From an uncultured virus (IMG/VR IMGVR_UViG_3300050821_001955) (Duplodnaviria > Heunggongvirae > Uroviricota > Caudoviricetes), in IMG/VR virus record IMGVR_UViG_3300050821_001955: DNA of 64,000 nt; one strand, 5' to 3'. Shown piece by piece: positions 28,288 to 37,109 of this stretch; position 1 is the stretch's first letter, and each line of letters starts with the position of its first letter. The notes under the pieces are model-generated. The model made no database searches and was not told the DNA's origin. It saw only the letters and a program-made list of their open reading frames with translations. The position numbers and the translations under genes are program-made.

Positions 28288-28300
28288 GTAGTATAACTAC
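28288..28300. promoter_or_regulatory. Palindromic motif GTAGTATAACTAC (copy 4)
   Basis: Exact repeat about 40 nt upstream of the strong promoter. Confidence 0.65.
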
Positions 28301-28340
28301 TTGTATCGACCCTGCGAAGCCCTTTTTTCCCCTATTAGCG

Positions 28341-28369
28341 TAGACGGCTGCGGAAACGGACGATATAAT
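28341..28369 (+). promoter_or_regulatory. Sigma70-like promoter TAGACG-N17-TATAAT
   Basis: Consensus -10, 17-nt spacer. Confidence 0.75.
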
Positions 28370-28717
28370 AGAGGAGTAAGGAAGAGAAAAGGACGATTGA
28401 TCGAAAACGTCCGAAGCGGTAAATGAAATCGATCCGAGAGATTCCGAGCGAAAGTTGGGTCCGGTTCGGGAAACGTAACCCGCCTCTTTGAAAATTCGAG
28501 AATCGGAGAAAAGGACTTCTCCCCTACGCCAACTCCGGAGTGAACCGCGAGTCCGAGTGAAACACCCCTCACCGTAGGAAGCCAAAACTCAAGGGAAGAG
28601 GTAAGAGTCTTCTCCTTCTTTCCCGCTCCTCACTCTTGGTACGCGGAAGTAACGATGAAAGACGGCTACGTTGTTAAGGTCAAGTGACGATCTTCAATAC
28701 TCATCCGGAGACGAAAA

Positions 28718-29044
28718 ATGTTTAAAATGGGAGACAAAGTCAAGGCTACAACAAAGATTCAAAGCGATGACCGGACTAACGGAGTAGACGACGGCTCCCC
28801 GGTCGTAAAGAAAGGAACCGAAGGACTCGTGTTAGGAAAATCGGAAGACATGGTACGAAGCGATTGTCAGATGAAAGACCCTACTACTCCTTCTTGGCTC
28901 GTTCGGTTCAGACTCGGTAAGTACGAGACTTACGACTACGATTGTACGGCTGACGAGATTGAACTCATTCGGGGAACTAAACCGAAAGGACCGGAAGACG
29001 GTTCCCCCGGTCCCAAGTCTCTTAGCAACCTCTTCAAGTTCTAG
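28718..29044 (+). CDS. Small SH3-like hypothetical protein
   Basis: FKMGDKVKA..KGTEG.V...LVRF. Confidence 0.55.
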   Translation: MFKMGDKVKATTKIQSDDRTNGVDDGSPVVKKGTEGLVLGKSEDMVRSDCQMKDPTTPSWLVRFRLGKYETYDYDCTADEIELIRGTKPKGPEDGSPGPKSLSNLFKF

Positions 29045-29120
29045 ACGATCTTGAATACTCTTCCGGAACGTCCGGAGGAGACTTGACGACCGACAAACCT
29101 TTAGATAGAGGAGCGAGCAA

Positions 29121-29294
29121 ATGGATAAGAGTGAAATGGTAGAGAAAATTTTCCAAACTTTACTTGGGTCTACTTTTGAAAATTGGCACAAAGGTACTTT
29201 TGAAGACTTTGTACTAGGGGAAGAAGGATGTAAGACAAAAGAGCAAATTAAGAAAGACATCAGCCGTCTATTCAATCTTGAGGAGCGAGCATGA
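29121..29294 (+). CDS. Small hypothetical protein (57 aa, not in ORF track)
   Basis: MDKSEMVEKIF...; GAGGAGCGAGC leader; ATGA overlap with next gene. Confidence 0.55.
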   Translation: MDKSEMVEKIFQTLLGSTFENWHKGTFEDFVLGEEGCKTKEQIKKDISRLFNLEERA

Positions 29295-29569
29295 GAACGT
29301 TTAGAGTCAAACGAGTCGAGAACGGTAAGACTCGATACAAAGTCTACCGTTACTTCAATCGAAAGAAAGAGGGAGCAAGTCATATACTCTCCGCTAACTC
29401 CGATGACTTCTATTGCGATGAAGGAGACTTTTGGAAAGCGAGAGAATCGGTTGAACGTTACTGTCTCGATGTTTATAAGCACAATTTCGTAGTTGTCGCG
29501 GTACTTAACTCGATCGGTAGTGTAGACCGGGCTGACGTATCTGGAGCAGAACTAAGAGGTAAGAAATGA
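29291..29569 (+). CDS. Hypothetical protein
   Basis: RBS and coupling. Confidence 0.55.
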   Translation: MRTFRVKRVENGKTRYKVYRYFNRKKEGASHILSANSDDFYCDEGDFWKARESVERYCLDVYKHNFVVVAVLNSIGSVDRADVSGAELRGKK

Positions 29570-29634
29570 ACGGACACTCAAGAGTTTCGCTAATAACAGG
29601 GTCATTTAGACCTTCGCACTGTTTTAACGCAATA

Positions 29635-29686
29635 GGTCGAAACGCTCTCCGGAGCGTCTTGTCGTTATTCGGCAACTGATGAGACC
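29635..29686 (+). ncRNA. Type II hammerhead ribozyme 1
   Basis: GGTC-GAAA-CGCTC(tccg)GAGCG-TC^-TTGTCG(ttatt)CGGCAA-CTGATGA-GACC: complete core and three stems. Confidence 0.9.
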
Positions 29687-29702
29687 AAGTAAAGGAGAAG
29701 AG

Positions 29703-29936
29703 ATGAACGCGAGTAAAGAGAACGCTCGGAAGATGAAAGAAAATCTTGATTGGCTTTACGGAGAGATTCAACACGCTACAGGATCGAAAGCTGCTAACCG
29801 TTGTGAAGAGTTGAAACTAGAGCTTTTGAATTTTCTCGTTGCGGCGGAAAAGAAACTCCCGTCCGAAGCATCTTACGAACGAGAGAAACAACTACGGGCA
29901 ATAGGTAAGAATCCGGTCAGCGGAATTCCTTTGTAG
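29703..29936 (+). CDS. Small helical hypothetical protein between the two hammerheads
   Basis: ATG 29703 after AAGGAG; MNASKENARKMKENLDWL... Confidence 0.6.
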   Translation: MNASKENARKMKENLDWLYGEIQHATGSKAANRCEELKLELLNFLVAAEKKLPSEASYEREKQLRAIGKNPVSGIPL

Positions 29937-29988
29937 GACGAAACCGGCTTAGGCCGGTCACCGATTAGTAGATCGGTCTGAAGAGTCC
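29936..29988 (+). ncRNA. Type II hammerhead ribozyme 2
   Basis: GGAC-GAAA-CCGGC(ttag)GCCGG-TC^-ACCGAT(tagtag)ATCGGT-CTGAAGA-GTCC. Confidence 0.9.
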
Positions 29989-30007
29989 CGAATATAAGGA
30001 GCGAGCT

Positions 30008-31966
30008 ATGACTAATTTACGGATAGATTTGAAAGACCTCACGGATGATGAGATGTTTAAGTTAGCTCTCAAAGCTTATCTACTCCGAGTCGATCCGCGT
30101 AAGAGATGGAGTAAGTCCGAGATAAAGGAACACGCGAGAGTAGCGGTTATTCGGATCGTGTCGGATTTACTAGAACGAGAGTTAGAGATCAATTTGAGAG
30201 AGGAGTAGCTATGAAAGTAGGTACAAGTTTCAAGGGTCAATAACCGGGAAGATTACAACCGAGATAACTAGATCCATTAGAGATATGGACTACGATCAAG
30301 AAATTGAAGTTGAGTACATCGCCTATCCGGAAGAAAAGCAGACTTACTACCAACCCGGTTGGCCCGCTTATGCTGAGATTCAAAAAGTAACGACGGCAGA
30401 GAGAGTAGATATAGAGCTAACTACAAAACAAGAGGAGAGAATCGAGAGGCTATGTTTAGAAGATGCTTATGAACAAACTCAACATCCGGAATACGAATAG
30501 GAGAAGTAATGGGTAAAGAACAATTTAGCACTAGCCCGGAAGACCAAGACATTTTATGGTTTGCTTTTGAGAGATACGCGGGGGAAGAAGGAATTAGTTT
30601 AGACCATAGAGATGATTGGGTTGCTTGGTGGTTATGTTTTAAAGCAGGAGCAGAAGCTCAAGATCAAGAATGGCAAGCTATAAACACTAGGAGAAAGAAA
30701 TAATGGTTTCAATACTCAAAAGACCTAAGAGTCTCCGGAGTGTAGTAGACGAGCTAGGAGAGGTCAAAGCAAGGATAGCGGAGTTAGAGGCGAGAGAACA
30801 GGAGCTAAAGGAAGTTATCGTAAAGACCGGAGTATCAGAAGCGGAGGGGAAGTTGTTCCGTTGTACTGTCACGAGATTCGACGTTAACAAGCTAGACGCG
30901 AAAGTTCTCGTATCGTTACTTCCGAAGTCCGCTAAGACTTTGAAGTTGATAGCTGAAGCATCGTCACTAGAGCCCAGGACCGTTGTAAAAGTAACCTCTC
31001 GTTAAGGAGAAGAGAATGGAAGAAATTTATCTAGGACCAACCGTTGAAGAAGCCGCTAATTCCGAGATACGAAAAATCAATATTCAAATTGAGGAACTAC
31101 GGATGAGACTCCGGTTAGCCAAAGACAGAGCGAGAGTCTACGCGGGAAGTAAGATGCTTGAATCGGAAAGACTCGCTACGAGAGCAGAAGCTTTTCAAAT
31201 GGTTCCGTTAGAGGACGTAGAGGAGGAAGTATGAACAAGAGTGATTTAGATACCATATCCGCTATCTCGCGACGGAACGCGAGTAGGCTATTGAAGCGTA
31301 AGGAAAACAAGGTCAAGACAAGGAACGGACGGACGGTTAAGAGGGCATCCCCGATTGACGATGTCTCAGATCTGTTAGAGATTCTCGATAAGTTGAGGAT
31401 CCAAGAGGCCGCTAGAAAACTTCCGAAAGGAGCGTAGTATGGTATTTTCCGATTGCGGGAGAGTACACCCTCAAGACTATTGTAGTTGCGACGTTTGTGA
31501 GAGAGTTAGGAACGAGAAGAAAGACTACACCATCTGCGATAAGTGTCCTAGCTGTGAGCGAGAGTACGAATGGGATAACTCTCTTTGTAGCTACATCGGC
31601 TGCTTAGAAGTTCCTACCGTGACGCCTGATGATACGGAGAGGGAGATTACTCTCCATCTCTGCCCTCATGATAAGTGCGTCATCGCTATAACTGTTACGG
31701 ACGATCTGGGAAGTAGCGTCTATATCCCTTCTACAAAGTCAGTATAAATCACTGACAAGCTAAAGCAAGGAGCTATAATGCTGATCCTTCAACCGAGTAA
31801 GAGACCAGAGAAGAGTACATTTCTCTATCGGTTCTTCTTACCCTATGACGCTACAGACAAACCTTTCCGGACTTACCGCGTCAAAGCTAGAACCGCGAAA
31901 GAAGCATACGAGATACTACGGAGAGAACACCCTAACGCAGAACGAGTTACATTAGTAGTCAAGTAA
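30008..31966 (+). other. Run of eight small early-type hypothetical genes (30008, 30285, 30509, 30703, 31016, 31231, 31439, 31778)
   Basis: Short co-oriented ORFs, mostly with AGGAG-type RBS and tight packing. Confidence 0.6.
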
Positions 31967-32111
31967 CCAAACCCGAGAGAGAGAGAGAACTATGAAAACC
32001 AAAACAGCTACTTTGAAACGTATGACCGCTTCCGAGAGACTTAAGGAGCTATCCGCTTTCATCGGTCTTTGTCTAGCTTCCCTTGAAGAACTAGATTCAA
32101 AGGAAAGTTAA

Positions 32112-32696
32112 ATGCCTAAAGGAATTTATAAAAGAAAATCAGTGAAGCAAATGTTTGAAGAGAGAACTGATAAAGAAAATGGGCCTATAGTTAGAAAAGA
32201 ATTAGGAAGATGTTGGATGTGGAAAGGAGGAAAATGTTATGGTTATGGACAATTTCATGTTATCGGTCAACATAGAGCCCACAGAGTAAGTTGGATACTC
32301 CACTGCGGGGAAATACCTAATGACCTGCTAGTCTTACATAAATGTGACAATCGGGCTTGTGTAAATCCTAAACATTTGTGGTTAGGTACTCATCAAGACA
32401 ATCAAACTGATAAAGTAGAAAAAGGGAGACAGGCTAAAGGGGATAGAAGTGGGTCTAGGCTTCATCCGGAAAGACGTTCTAGAGGTCAGAAACATAGTGA
32501 AGCGGTAAAAAGAAACACTCCTAGAGGAGAAAGGCATCACGGAGCTAAATTAACAAATAAGGATGTAATAGAAATTCGTCATATTTATAAAATAGGAGTA
32601 GTTACTATCATGGAATTAGCTATCAGGTATAGGTTACATCCAGATTCTATCAAAAATGTAGTCTATAGGAGGACTTGGAAACACATCCTCCCCTAA
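32112..32696 (+). CDS. HNH homing endonuclease
   Basis: CWMWKG, GYG.F, AHRVSW, VLHKCDNRACVNPKHL.LGT..DN. Confidence 0.9.
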   Translation: MPKGIYKRKSVKQMFEERTDKENGPIVRKELGRCWMWKGGKCYGYGQFHVIGQHRAHRVSWILHCGEIPNDLLVLHKCDNRACVNPKHLWLGTHQDNQTDKVEKGRQAKGDRSGSRLHPERRSRGQKHSEAVKRNTPRGERHHGAKLTNKDVIEIRHIYKIGVVTIMELAIRYRLHPDSIKNVVYRRTWKHILP

Positions 32697-32850
32697 AACG
32701 CTCTTGCTTTAGCTTGACGTTCCTAAACGCTCTAGGACTTCGATAGGCGAGCGAGAGCGAAAGTACGGAGGGGGAATCGGATTTCGGAAAGGAACGCTTA
32801 GAAGACCCGTTTAAACTCGTTTACGACGGTCTAAAAAAGGAGAAAGAGAA

Positions 32851-33147
32851 ATGGAAGTAGAGCACGAAAAACTCGTACCGATTGAAGGAAATACTTACGC
32901 GGTGAAAGAGGAACTAAAGAAGATCGGAGCGAGATGGTTTAAAGAACTCAAGCAGTGGAGGATTCCTATCTCCAAAATCGAAGAAGCGAATGAGATCGTA
33001 AAGAACGGAGCTAAATCCGCTCCGACTCAAAAACGGTTTCACTATCGAAAATGCCAAGTTTGTGGAGCAGAGGCCGGACGGTATTTTCCGATCTATGCTT
33101 CCGGAGAATGTCGAGACTGTTATGAAGAAAGGAAAATGGGTTACTAA
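32851..33147 (+). CDS. Hypothetical protein with zinc ribbon
   Basis: GNTY.VKEELK..GARW...K.W; CQVC/CRDC. Confidence 0.6.
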   Translation: MEVEHEKLVPIEGNTYAVKEELKKIGARWFKELKQWRIPISKIEEANEIVKNGAKSAPTQKRFHYRKCQVCGAEAGRYFPIYASGECRDCYEERKMGY

Positions 33148-33403
33148 TATGATAGTATATACTCTTTTTAGTACAACGATGGGTAGTTGCGGACATAGGC
33201 ACCGATCTATTTTGACGGCTGCTAGGTGTCAAGCTAAGACTACTCGTCTCTTTCGCAAGAGAGGAGACGGATCATACTCGGACCGTACTCTCCAAATCAT
33301 AGATGATAAGGGACTTAGCGGTACTCGAAAACCGTCTGAAGAAGAGTATCTAGTTTTTATTGAACTTTGTAACACCCTCAACTAGACTTAGAAAGAGCGA
33401 GCA

Positions 33404-34135
33404 ATGCAGAATATCTTAGAAGTCTTGGATCATTATCTCGGAAATCTAATGGACTCTCACGAGACGTTAGAAGAGAAGCTAGCTAAAACGGAACAGAGTC
33501 TACTCGACTTCCAAAAAGCTCAAGCTAACGATTCGACTAAGTTAGAGCGAGAGTATCAAGAACTCAAAGAGGAGAATAAAAGACTCGACTCGGAACGGTT
33601 AGTGAGCGATAACAAGAATCTTCAAAACGAGCTAGCGAGACTCTTAAACGACAATAACGCTCTTGTTATAACTGCGTCTAAGCTACGTAATGAAGTAAGA
33701 GAGCTTAAGGAGGAGAATGAAAGGATCGGAGAATCTTGGGAGAATCAAGATGTCGTAAAGCTTAGAAGAGAAAACGACCAAATTGGAGAGAACTTAGAAA
33801 CGGTAGCTAGCTCTCTCCGCGAAAAGACTCAACTTGTTAAGTGTCTAGAATCCGAAATACAAGCGAGAGACACGGAAATAACTAGATTGAGAGTCGAGAA
33901 TGAAAGACTAGAGATTTCTTGGGACTCTCAAAATCTCGAAAGGATGAACGGAGTTATTAAGAAGCTAGCGGAAGAAAAACTACAACTAACCGGAGATGTA
34001 GGCGAGAGGGACCGAAAGATTCATATGCTTAAGCTTGAATTAGCCGGACTTACTAAAACGCATGAAGAGTTAGTAGGAAAAATAACTTCTCCCGGTTCTA
34101 TGTTGAATCCCGATCAAGGTTGGCACGATCAATAA
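33404..34135 (+). CDS. Coiled-coil protein
   Basis: Heptad-rich E/K/L composition with internal ENER..SW repeat. Confidence 0.6.
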   Translation: MQNILEVLDHYLGNLMDSHETLEEKLAKTEQSLLDFQKAQANDSTKLEREYQELKEENKRLDSERLVSDNKNLQNELARLLNDNNALVITASKLRNEVRELKEENERIGESWENQDVVKLRRENDQIGENLETVASSLREKTQLVKCLESEIQARDTEITRLRVENERLEISWDSQNLERMNGVIKKLAEEKLQLTGDVGERDRKIHMLKLELAGLTKTHEELVGKITSPGSMLNPDQGWHDQ

Positions 34136-34143
34136 GTTATTTT

Positions 34144-34175
34144 GCCCTCTCCCTAACCGGAGGGGGCTTCTTTTT
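34144..34175 (+). terminator. Intrinsic terminator at the early/late convergence
   Basis: gccctctcc-ctaacc-ggagggggc-ttcttttt. Confidence 0.75.
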
Positions 34176-34191
34176 GCATTGGTAGAGAACG

Positions 34192-34989
34192 CTATTGTCT
34201 ATCTAGGCGTCCCATGAGCTTATAACCGCTAGGAACTATTCCCGGTCCCTCTACTTTTTCCTGAAAGGAATCTACTCGTCTTTGACCGCTACCCCAACCC
34301 TTGTAATCTAAATAGTCGAGCATCTTTTGTCTATTAGCTTCCTGCCCCTCTATCACTTCTCCATCGATCCTCTCCGTAGCACGTCCGAACCAGTTAGCGT
34401 CTCGTTTTCCTAAATGTAATACATAGAACGGAAGCCGAACCTTGTTGGACAAATCCCACCTATTTTCAAAATATCCATCCCCTCCACCTGCATGATTAAA
34501 CTCTTCTGCGTACCAAGGTAGCTCTCGAATCGTCGGATCACTAGCATAGAACAATTGAAAATAACCTGGCCACGCTCTATCGTTACTTATCGGGAGACTC
34601 TCCCAATTAAGATCCTCTCGCCATTGCTTAGGGTCTGCTAAGATTCTCCGTCTAGGTCCGTAAAGCTTTCCCATCGTACAAGAATCTAGTTCCATCTTAT
34701 CGGGGAATAGGGTGTCCGCATCGAATATACAAATCCAACCATCCCTTCCTAGCTCTTCAAACCCCTCATTCATTGCTAAGCCCTTATTGAACTTAGCCCC
34801 AAACCGGGTAAAGGCATCTGTAAAGAAACATCGAGCGTTTGGAACCTTAGCAACTACCTGTTGAGTTCTTATATCTTCCGGAGTTGTTACAACCACTACT
34901 TCAGTCAAATGCCGGGCATTACGATGTAACGTTATAGCTAATAAATCATCATAATTAACACACACTACTATACCTTTGATTCCTATCAT
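34192..34989 (-). CDS. GT-A fold glycosyltransferase
   Basis: VCVNYDD.L, FNKG.A.N.G, FDAD DxD motif, GYFQLF. Confidence 0.75.
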   Translation of the reverse strand: MIGIKGIVVCVNYDDLLAITLHRNARHLTEVVVVTTPEDIRTQQVVAKVPNARCFFTDAFTRFGAKFNKGLAMNEGFEELGRDGWICIFDADTLFPDKMELDSCTMGKLYGPRRRILADPKQWREDLNWESLPISNDRAWPGYFQLFYASDPTIRELPWYAEEFNHAGGGDGYFENRWDLSNKVRLPFYVLHLGKRDANWFGRATERIDGEVIEGQEANRQKMLDYLDYKGWGSGQRRVDSFQEKVEGPGIVPSGYKLMGRLDRQ

Positions 34990-35759
34990 TTCTTAGCCTT
35001 TACATAATAGAAAGATTCTCGTTCGATATACTTCCGAGTAACAAACTTCTCTATAGTGAATCCCGCTAGCTCGATAGCTTTCCTAAGAGAAGCCTCTTTA
35101 AAGAACCATAGATGATCGGGATTAACCGGGTCACCGTCATCCGGTACTAAGAGATAGAGTAGTCCGCTAGGTACTAATAGCTTATACATCTTCTCTAAAG
35201 CTTTTGGAGCGTTATTCATATGCTCTAAACTATGAGCCGAGAGGATTATGTCACAGCGGTATCCTTCTTCAAATTCGTGAGTCTCAAAGTTCTCTTTGAT
35301 TACGTCTACATTGAATAGGTTTCTAGTAGCTTCTACCGCCCATCTATTATCGTCTATTCCTATGTACCAATATCCTTGTTGAATAATCTCCGGAGCGTAG
35401 CGACTTAACCCACAACCCACTTCTAAAGCTCTAGAACGATCATAACCTTTCTGCCCTTCTCCTATCTCTCCAAGAGCTTCCGTAAGCTGGTCTATTGCTT
35501 GCTTACAATTAGGTACTCCGTTCTCTATTGCGCCTAGACTCTTGTAATACTCTATCGGTAGCCCGCTCCTAGCTACTTGAGACATCTTAGCATGAGTAAA
35601 ACAAGTATGGACCCTATAAGCTGCTCCTGTAGGCTCATGGATAGCGTTTTGACATCCGCACTTATATCTAGTAGTTACCATTTGCCTATTCTCCTGTATT
35701 CCTAATCCAGTCCGCTCCAGGTATTCCGCTCTTGTAAATATACCAACTAGCCGGAACAT
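34986..35759 (-). CDS. Class I SAM-dependent methyltransferase
   Basis: LEVGCG, GID, HSLEH, LVPSGLLYLLVP. Confidence 0.85.
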   Translation of the reverse strand: MFRLVGIFTRAEYLERTGLGIQENRQMVTTRYKCGCQNAIHEPTGAAYRVHTCFTHAKMSQVARSGLPIEYYKSLGAIENGVPNCKQAIDQLTEALGEIGEGQKGYDRSRALEVGCGLSRYAPEIIQQGYWYIGIDDNRWAVEATRNLFNVDVIKENFETHEFEEGYRCDIILSAHSLEHMNNAPKALEKMYKLLVPSGLLYLLVPDDGDPVNPDHLWFFKEASLRKAIELAGFTIEKFVTRKYIERESFYYVKAKK

Positions 35760-36276
35760 CTTGAGTAATATAGACGGTGAGCTTATTAGCTTCCGAGAAC
35801 TGGGTAACTGCGGCCGTTACTCCCGGATGGTCTTTATCGAAGTCATGTCCCGCTAGTATCCCGCTCTTACCTACGAATTCCCACCATAGAGTCATATCGG
35901 CTATTACGGAGTCTTTATCATGAGCCCCATCTATATAGATGAACTTGAACTTACGAGACTCTAGGAAACCTATCTCTGCGTTCTTAATCTTCTCCGCTAC
36001 GTCTCTCGAATCCCCCCGAATAAGCTTAGCGATTCTCGCGTAGCGTTCGTAGCGACTAACGGCTATAAGATAATCGGCGTTACGGTCCCAAGGCATTTCC
36101 GGATAAGGCTCATAAGCGTCTATCCCTAAGTAGTTGAACCCTTGCCATCGACTAAGGAAGCATTGAGAGAACTCAGCCCGATCTACTCCTACTTCGATAG
36201 CAGTCCATAGCTTCCTCCAATTACAAAGTAGATTGAAGTCATCTCGATGCCATATTTCGGGGCTAGGTAGAATCAT
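35686..36276 (-). CDS. Class I SAM methyltransferase (Methyltransf_24-like)
   Basis: IEVGV, GID.Y, RGDS, FIYIDGAH, GILAGHD. Confidence 0.85.
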   Translation of the reverse strand: MILPSPEIWHRDDFNLLCNWRKLWTAIEVGVDRAEFSQCFLSRWQGFNYLGIDAYEPYPEMPWDRNADYLIAVSRYERYARIAKLIRGDSRDVAEKIKNAEIGFLESRKFKFIYIDGAHDKDSVIADMTLWWEFVGKSGILAGHDFDKDHPGVTAAVTQFSEANKLTVYITQDVPASWYIYKSGIPGADWIRNTGE

Positions 36277-36636
36277 TTATTTACCTGAATCGGAATGCCA
36301 AATTACTTCATTATTAGTAATATTGTAATGACTCTTACATCCACTCATTACTCGTACTGAAGGAGAGAGGGTAATAGTAGTAAACTCGTTAGAGATTCCT
36401 CCGGGAGCTACGTCTATTTTCCATTGTGGTTCTTTACTAGTTGATCTGTCTGGAGGACGATTTAAGTGCCCTCCGTCGCAACCGCAAGGACAGTAGTAAA
36501 AACACCCCTCAATATGTTCTCCTTCTCCATAAGTAGCGATTCCGCTACGAGAGTCATCATTCTCTACTAAAGTAAAAGCATCATCAGCCGTTTTAACATG
36601 CCCTAAGTATCTAAGCTTATTGATACGTTCACTCAT
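36277..36636 (-). CDS. DUF6527-like protein
   Basis: CPCGC...W....TLSPSV....CKSHY.I. Confidence 0.65.
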   Translation of the reverse strand: MSERINKLRYLGHVKTADDAFTLVENDDSRSGIATYGEGEHIEGCFYYCPCGCDGGHLNRPPDRSTSKEPQWKIDVAPGGISNEFTTITLSPSVRVMSGCKSHYNITNNEVIWHSDSGK

Positions 36637-37109
36637 ACTATCACCCTCTCTCTAGGGGTCATTAAAGCATCTTGCTCTGTCCAACCATTCTTAATTCGTC
36701 TCATAATCACTCTTCTAGTGAGTCCGGTTCCTTCTAACCTTTCGCACCATTGTTTTAATGTAAGTGTGAGTCCGTTAGCTGTTAGCCAAGTGTTACTCCT
36801 ACGATTATTAGCTTGATCTTTTCTAGTAGCCCATCTAACATTACCTGGCTCATAATTTCCATTATTTTCTATTCTCTCTAAGGTATGTTTTATAGTAGGT
36901 CTTTTTCCTACATGGTCTAAGAATAGTTGAAAAGACTTTAACCAAGGAGGGTAGATAGTTATTCCCCGTCCCCCGTAGTAAGGATAGAGAGCATTATCGG
37001 GATTTAGGCACCTAACTTTCATTAGAGTCCAAGAAGTATGTTCCGGAGTTCCACAAGCTCCGTGTTTAAATGCTATCTTATTTCCCTTTTTAACTCTACC
37101 CGAATTCAT
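36633..37109 (-). CDS. HNH-type homing endonuclease (short form)
   Basis: MK.RC.NP....YGGRGI, TLERI.NNGNYEPGNVRWAT. Confidence 0.85.
   Translation of the reverse strand: MNSGRVKKGNKIAFKHGACGTPEHTSWTLMKVRCLNPDNALYPYYGGRGITIYPPWLKSFQLFLDHVGKRPTIKHTLERIENNGNYEPGNVRWATRKDQANNRRSNTWLTANGLTLTLKQWCERLEGTGLTRRVIMRRIKNGWTEQDALMTPRERVIV

Noticed and set aside
29566..29679. 37-codon ORF running through hammerhead 1
   Set aside because: No supporting features; the sequence is explained by ribozyme constraints.
28211..29774. Minus-strand ORFs 28211-28585, 28297-28572, 28832-29482 and 29505-29774
   Set aside because: Antisense to the promoter-driven rightward block with RBS-bearing genes and ribozymes.
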